Shown piece by piece: positions 57,095-64,000 of a DNA stretch of 64,000 nucleotides. Under the pieces are notes generated by a model, which saw only the letters and a program-made list of their open reading frames with translations, was not told where the DNA came from and ran no database searches. The stretch comes from Camelus ferus. Its lineage: Eukaryota. The translations under genes and the position numbers were made by a program. How positions within the stretch are numbered: position 1 is the first letter of the stretch; each line of letters starts with the position of its first letter. The stretch spans positions 74,650,001 through 74,714,000 of the forward strand of contig NC_045697.1 of assembly GCF_009834535.1 (NCBI RefSeq), in the 5' to 3' direction.

Positions 57095-57617
57095 GCTGTG
57101 AAGGGACTTTGCAGATAGAATTAGGCTGCTAATCAGCTAATCTTAAAATAGGCAGAGTACCCTGAATTACCCAGGTGAGCCCAATGTAATCACATGATCC
57201 CTTAAAGCAGAAAAAGCAAAGCAGAAGAGTCAGAGATTCAAAACATCAGAAGCTCTGGGCTTGCTGCCACTAGCTTTGAAGATAAAGAGATGAGGCCACA
57301 AGCCAGGGAATGGTGATGTTCTCAAGAATGATTCCTGGCCAACAGCCAGCAAGGAAACAGGGATCTCAGTCCTACAACTGCATAGTATTAAATTCTACCA
57401 ACAGTGGGAAAAAGCCTGGAAATGGATTCTCCTCTAGTGTCTCCAGAGAAAATGTAGCTCTGGCAACACCTTGATTTTGGCTTTTTTAGACCTGAAGTAG
57501 AGAAACCACTCAAGCCCAACAGACTTCTGACCTACAGAACTATGAGATAATAAATTTGTGTTGTTTTAAGCTGCTAAATTTGTGGCAATATGTTACAGAA
57601 ACAATAGAGAGTTAACA
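57095..57617 (+). mobile_element. MLT1 (MaLR) solo LTR, MLT1D/E-like
   Basis: agggactttgcagat ... gcccaatgtaatcaca ... gacttctgacctacagaactatgagataataaatttgtgttgttttaagctgctaaatttgtgg. Confidence 0.9.
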
Positions 57618-57964
57618 CTTTGCTGATGAAGATGAAAAGTCTTTACACAAACTTTAACTGAAAAAGACCAGTAACCATTAGTTTACAAAGTCACAGTATA
57701 TTCATAACTTCATGAATTGCTGGAAGTAGCTATAAAATCTACTTTAATACCTCCTCAAAAAGAATCTCTCATCAGTCTCAAATCTTGTACATTCTCCCCC
57801 AAAGGGCCTATTTTCCTAATTGGCACTTTGTGGTCTCCTTGGAATTATGCTCTTGAAATACTCTAACTGATAAGAGTGTTTTGCCCATTTGAGGCCTTGA
57901 ATCATTCTAACTTATCTGGACAGTTTATGCTAACAGTGTGATTTATTTTGAACACTTGCTTTCC

Positions 57965-58318
57965 TTCTGAGTCTGCAGCTTCATTAATTGCAGTCAGTCA
58001 CATAGGCTCTATGTGTCTTTGTTTCAAACCCTCAGTAAAAACCCTCACTCCTAGGCTCAGGTGAGTTGCTCTAACAGGCAACATTTTGCACATGTTGTCA
58101 CAATTTGTTGCTGGAGGAATTAAATATCCTCTACAACTCTCCTGGGAGAGGACTCTGGAAAGATTGTTCCATATTTTGCCCCCTTGTTTTCTCTTTGCTG
58201 ATTTTGCTTTGTACATTTTGGCTGCAATAAAATGAGTATAATGTAACCATGAGTATAATGACATTTGAGTCCTGTGAGTGCTTCTATTGAATCACTAAAG
58301 CTTGGTGACCCCTGACAC
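57965..58318 (+). mobile_element. MER21-like LTR fragment
   Basis: gcacatgttgtcacaatttgttgctggaggaattaa ... ctgggagaggactctggaa ... gagtcctgtgagt ... gacccctgacaca. Confidence 0.75.
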
Positions 58319-58425
58319 ACGACCATTCCCACCATCTCAGCCACAGTGACTAATGCAAATGAGAACACCAAATATGACACTTGCCGCAAGACTAAAAAAT
58401 TTTCCTAAATTTTTACTAACCAAAT

Positions 58426-58810
58426 TGTAGTAAGCAGAATTCTAGGATGGTTTCCAAGATCCCTGCTTCCTGATGTACACCTTGCATAATCCCTCAAGAC
58501 TATGAATACGATGGCTTTTACTCTCATGATGACATTATGTTTTACAGTGCAGTTGTCCTTATCACATGAGTCCTTGTAATCTGGATCTAGAGATTAGAGA
58601 CAGGAAATAAGAGAGATTCCAGGCATGAGCAAGATGTGAAGTTAGGGATATTCTTCATTACTGGCTTTGGAGATGGAGAAGGACTCTGGAAGTTGAGAGC
58701 AGCCCCTCGATAGTAATCAAGGAAATACAGACTTCAGTCCTACAATTGCAAAGAACTAAATTCTGCCAATAGCCTGAATGAGCTTAGATGTGGATTCTTC
58801 CCAGAGTCTT
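58426..58810 (+). mobile_element. MLT1E-like LTR fragment
   Basis: tgtagtaagcagaattctaggatgg start; cagtcctacaattgcaaagaactaaattctgccaatagcctgaatgagctt. Confidence 0.8.
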
Positions 58811-59569
58811 AAAAAAAGAAATTGACAATTTGTTTCCTCTGATCATTCTATTTTACAGAAAATAAAATAGATTTATTTCCAAGAAAATAATAAACAAATT
58901 GCCAAAATAACATTCACATCATACTTTCACCAAAACTCATTTGTTTGGGAAATAAAATTATAACACATGATTAAAAGAAACATAATAGGGAAACAGAATT
59001 CAAACTGCATAACTAAACTAAAAACATAATTAGTCTATTCAACAGTTAATTTATAACACATTAATGACATGCAAACTCTTATGCTAACAACTTTAGGAGA
59101 CAGAAAAATAAAAAAATTACTGTATGCACGTTAAGAATGTATAGTTAATTGAGCGAAGGTAGACCATACCTTCCTTAAGTAAATAATTGCAGGCAAACAA
59201 TTATACACTAGAGGGGGAAAGGAAACTTACAACTAGAGAGACAAAATGTAATAAAAGGATTAGGAGAAGAAAAATACAATTTTTGCTTTGGTTCCGTATT
59301 ATAGTATAGAGGGAGACAGAGGTAAGTGAATTACTTGAAGAAGTGCTTATACATTGTGCCAAAGACTAGAGATACATTGTTGGACATAAAGACAACTCGG
59401 TCTTCATGGGATATTTCAGTTCTCCAGCACTCAATCTCTTCAACCATATATTGGCAACAATAAAAACTACTTGAACAATTTAGATACTTTTTGGAAATAA
59501 TTCAGAGAGTTAGACTGAAGTCAGATCTTTTGCTTGTAAAATACATTTTCTTCACAAACACACACAAAA

Positions 59570-59930
59570 TGGAGGGCCACCAAATGATTTTGAGTAGGGA
59601 ATGGATGGATCTTTAAAAATAATAACATAGCTGCAGAAAGTAGGAGTAACTGGAGAATGGAAAGACTAAAGGCAGGAAGACCAGTAAGGAGAATGTTGTA
59701 ATGCAACAGTCAAGCTGTTTGTTAATAAAGGCCTGAATTAAAGAATACAGAAGACAGCAGAGATATGAGAAATGTCAACAAGGTTGTATTAATAACACTT
59801 GATAACCAATGGGACATAGGGTACAAGAGAGGGAGAAAGCTGAAGATAGCTGCAGGATTCCAAGCCTGAGTGAAGAGTATCTTTTTGGGGGTATTATTTC
59901 CATCTTTAAACAAAATAGGTAAAATAGGAA
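59570..59930 (-). mobile_element. L2 LINE fragment
   Basis: ggagaatggaaagactaaaggcaggaagaccagtaaggag ... ggattccaagcctgagtga. Confidence 0.7.
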
Positions 59931-60631
59931 GAAAAATACACATCAATTATATAAACCTCAAAGTTACTTGACTCTACTACTGAGAATTTCAAATTCATTT
60001 TGAAACTAGGGTCCTCAAAGTCAAAAAATGTATGAGAGCCTTAACTTCTACCATCAGGTTATATTGTAAAATAAGAATATCTAGTATCTTTTTCTGATGA
60101 CTATGACCTGTGGCTCAGCATCCAACTGTGGACCATATTTTAGAATGTGTCCAAACTCCTTTGGAGTATCCAACTCAGTGAGTAGGCAATGTTTTAACAG
60201 GGGCAAGTAAAACTTACTCATCCGAGTAAGTCAGATTATATTTTCCATCAAGCTAGTGAACAGCTGCAGCCATAGCCTGCTTCCCATCAAAGTCTCCATG
60301 TATAACCTCTGCAGTGCTGATGGTTCTCTGGTATATTTTCAAAACCATAACCCTAAAAACATATGACAAACTAAATTTTATTAAAGAAACATGCATGCAC
60401 TACTCACCATGCCTTCACTTGCAAATTTAAGGACAACACAGGAACTTTACTGCAAGTGCCAAAACTCTGCTGAATATCTGTCTATGAACTACACTTGCTA
60501 GCACTTTTACAGATTAAGAAAAAGTACACATTGTGAACAACACAAACTGGAAATACTTTCCAAACAGCACCTAGACTTAGAAGGCAAACCATTTTCCACA
60601 CGCTTGCTCTAATAAGAGTGATGGAGGTGAA

Positions 60632-60666
<35 letters not shown>

Positions 60667-60671
60667 TTTTT
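60632..60671. repeat. (TC)n microsatellite followed by poly-T
   Basis: tctctc... run directly followed by a T run. Confidence 0.9.
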
Positions 60672-62826
60672 AACATTATCTGGAATATATTTTAGAAAGG
60701 AGATGAAACTTAAATTTCTTCACTGTTCAGCATCTTGAATGTGGCTTTAGGGTAACAATTAAAGAGATTCACAGGCACTAAATATGAGATGACTTCAAAC
60801 AAATCTTCCAAACGCTGTACTTTTTTTTTTTGAAATGTACTGGTTACAGGAGTTTAATTGAATTCCATGCCTGTATGCTTCCAACAAATAATTTTGATCA
60901 TTTAACTGAAACTGGAGAGAGATACGGGCAGGAGAGAACTCTGGCACAAGCAACATAAAAGCCACTGAAAAGAGAGCAGCATTCTCCAAAAACGAATTCC
61001 TCATATTCCAGCTTGAATAGACTCTAAAGAAAATGATGTGTTTTCTCTTTCAAACAGGGTTAGCAAACCACCATCACAAATAACATCACTCTATAAAAGA
61101 CTGACTCAATGATAGCTCCAGGTCATAGCACAAAATTATTATTTCTGATTTGGATAACATGAATTCTCAAAAGGGCTTTATGGCCCTTAAATTCATAAAA
61201 AGAAGTAACACAATTTTTCAGTATGATCTGAAACCTCAAGATAGTCTTAAGTTACAATACATTCGTAACATGAATTACTACTATAATGTTTTAGTACAAT
61301 ATTGCTTGGTTCAATGATACTAAGACTCTTCTCTAAGTTTCTAGTTTTTATTCCCCTACTCCACCCCATCGATTTTAAGGAAGGAAGATGTAAAATTTTC
61401 TTCAAAACATAAATCCAGTAAGATATATGCCTTAAGTGATGCTTAAGTTTGGACAATCAACTTCAAATAACTACCAGACAACTGGCAGCTTACAGTTTTG
61501 CAACAGTTACAGACAGATGGACAACTGAAAATCATGGGTCTCAAATTGCAACCCTATCTAAATAGATTTCCTGTTTACTTTGCATCAGCCTTTCTTACAG
61601 GTGCAGGGTGCTTACTTTTGGCAGTAGGGGAAAGAACTGATTTATAAGCCATAAGGACATCTTCTCACTTTCCATAAACAGGTTATAGAATTAATTAAAA
61701 TTGCAGATGAAACCTGCCTGTTATTGGAGACTAATGTAATCCAAATATGTGGAAAGTCAAATAGTTCTCAACAAAGCTAATTCAGATGGATGGATCAGAT
61801 AACAACTTGGAACTGAATCTGATGGAATTATTTCTACTCAAAGGCAGTAAGTGCTGGAAGTTATATTCCAAAATGAGTAAAGGAAATATTGAACTTGACT
61901 CTAGTACCAGAATGACTAAAAACAGTATTTTATTTACAAAAATATTTAAATATATATTACCTGAAAAAATTACAAAGACCTATAAAATTACTATACATTC
62001 TATTTTAAATAAATGAAGAAGATTATGAGAAAATGTAAATGGCATGAAAGACAACATGACATTTTCGTTTAATCCTATTGATGTTCCTCTACCTACTCAA
62101 AAATATGCTTCCATCTATGACATTTTATCCCCTGAAGACAGAAACAAAGGCTTTGAAGAAAGGTGGTTTTTTTTACATCTTTACACTGTAAAGGCTACTG
62201 GTATTCACTGTTATGTGATTTATGATCTCTAAAATAAGGATGAAGGATGACAAGCACAGAAAAGCTAAAACTTCTCATGAGCTAATGGATTTAATCTTAT
62301 TGACAGAGCAATTGCAATTCTATCCTTTTATAGTACAATTGAAAGTAAAAAAAAGTAAAATGATGAAAATGGAAATTTGTCTTCTGGGTCACCAGCTTCT
62401 CTCTTCTTCAGTTCTTTTAGAAAGCAAAGGAAGGACATATATGGGTAGAGAGGGAAATGTGGAGATCAGAAGGAACATCCTCCAGTTACTACTATCCTGA
62501 TGCCAAAGAACTACTCTACTTGTGGCTTATGGAGTCCTCTGGAATGGCTGGGAGCACAAGGCCATGCGTAACATCACTTTACAGGATGCAGAGCAATACC
62601 AATCGTAGTATAGTTATGTCCTCTGGTACTTCTGGATATTCCCTTAATACTCTACCCTCTCTCCATAGTGTAAACTCCTTTCTTTCTTCTTTCCCAAGTA
62701 CCCTAAATGAGTACTAAATAATTTTAGGAACTTTAGTAATTTCCCAGTTAGTGTTAATGTTGATTTAGTATTTAATTCCTATTTTTCCCTTTATTTTTAA
62801 AGTACTTATATGACCTCCAAGACTTC

Positions 62827-63379
62827 TGTGACAACCAACCTCTAAGATGACCCCCAATGTCCCCAGACTCCTGAGATTCACATTCTTGTGTAGTCCTCTC
62901 CCACAATGAATAGAGTTAATGGCTGACCTCTGTATCCAAGAAGATACAGCAGAAACGACAATGTGGGGTTCCTGAGGCTAGGTCATAAAAGGCATTGCAA
63001 CTTCCACTTTGCTTTCTTTCATCTCTCAGATTGCTCACTCAGTCACTCAGAGAGAAGCCAACCACCATGTTGTGGGAATAGTTAAGAGGTCTGTGTCAAG
63101 GCCCTCAAGGTAGGGAGGAAATAAGCCTCCTGTCAATAACCGGCACCAAATGAGTGAGCTATCTTAGAAATAGCTCTTGTAGTCCCAGCCAAGCTTTCAG
63201 ATGACTACAGTCTCAGCTGATATTCTCACTGCAGTGGCATGAGATCCTGAGCTAAAACCACCCAACTAAACCATTCCTGAATTCCTGACCCAGGGAAATT
63301 ATGTACACTGATAAATACTTATGGTTGTTTAAAGCTGCTAAGTGTTGAGGTAATTCGTTAAGTTAACAATAATTCATAC
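62827..63379 (+). mobile_element. MLT1F-like solo LTR
   Basis: tgtgacaaccaacctctaagatgacccccaatg start; ctgaggctaggtcataaaaggc; end ttgtttaaagctgctaagtgttgaggtaatt. Confidence 0.85.
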
Positions 63380-63509
63380 TATTTCTTCTCACAGAGACAA
63401 AGAAATACAAACAAGTATGCTACTACTAGACAAAGCACCTTCATTAGTAACATAATATTGTTGCTATATGAGAGGTTCACAACTCAAGCCAAGTAAATAA
63501 CACAGAATT

Positions 63510-63850
63510 TTTTAAAAATTTGAAGTGTAATTTACATAGGTGAAATGCACACTCTTAAGTGTATATGTCAGTGAATTTTGACAAGTTTTTCAAGAACATT
63601 CACCATGTAAGTAATACCCTAATCAAGATGTAAAAATTTCCATTCCCCAGATAGTTCTCTCAAGGTTATTTTGAATCAGTTTTTGTATTGCCCTCTTCCC
63701 CAACCAGAGTCAAGCACTGTTTTTATATCTATCACTGAAGATGAGTTTTGATTCTTGTAGAACTTCATAGAAATAGCAGAATGTAATTTTTGTGTCTGAC
63801 TTCTTTTGCTCACAATTGGTTTTCAATCTTTATACAAATTTGATCCAGGG
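63510..63850 (-). mobile_element. Old L1 3' end, antisense
   Basis: ttgaagtgtaatttacataggtgaaatgcacactcttaagtgta ... gtagaacttcatagaaatag. Confidence 0.8.
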
Positions 63851-64000
63851 TGAATTAAAATAAAGTATTTTTTCATAGATAAAAATGATTATAGTTGGTT
63901 TTCAATTTCAATGTCACTAGCTTTCACAGAGAACTATTTTTTAGCCTCGATGGCTTATAAATTAAAGTGTAAATTTAAACTGATAAGCAAAGAGTAATAT

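Noticed and set aside
60332..60356. Plus-strand YIFKTITL resembling TBCK N-terminal ILKTITH
   Set aside because: Wrong strand, and the similarity does not extend. Coincidental.
60401..60410. Strong minus-strand donor ATG|GTGAGT next to the candidate poison exon
   Set aside because: Pairing it with the 60353 acceptor gives an implausibly short 55-nt intron, and I found no convincing upstream acceptor.
61786..62717. Four tiling plus-strand ORFs (62-92 aa) suggesting a decayed antisense gene
   Set aside because: No recognisable domain, poly-A tail, TSD or splice pattern. ORFs of this size are expected by chance.
41000..64000. Search for upstream TBCK exons (ERLVVVAEHCERSLEDLL..., MFPLKDAEM...) and a promoter or CpG island
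   Set aside because: Not seen by eye, and CpG is depleted throughout. These elements presumably lie beyond 64000.

Overview
AT-rich mammalian genomic DNA, probably from a camelid judging by its tRNA-derived SINEs. The window lies entirely inside TBCK (TBC1-domain-containing pseudokinase), which is on the minus strand. I traced 17 consecutive GT-AG coding exons between 40979 and 708. They are equivalent to human exons ~4-20 (numbering recalled from memory) and total 1594 nt, joining into one uninterrupted frame of about codons 89-620. That frame covers the pseudokinase C-lobe (HRA in place of HRD, KFG in place of DFG) and the TBC Rab-GAP domain with intact IxxDxxR and YxQG fingers. The upstream exons lie beyond 64000 and the downstream exons before position 1. 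The introns hold ordinary mammalian repeats: L1, L2, MIR, MLT1 and MER21 LTRs, MER2B, MER94, MER102, a near-full-length Tigger1 nested in an older L1, and a heavily decayed RTE-X/L4-like reverse transcriptase fossil. I found no convincing novel multi-gene system. The most interesting leads are a candidate poison exon whose consensus 5' splice site sits in a perfect hairpin, the ancient RT fossil, and a few TSD-flanked micro-insertions. Repeat family names come from recalled consensus sequences and need RepeatMasker/Dfam confirmation.
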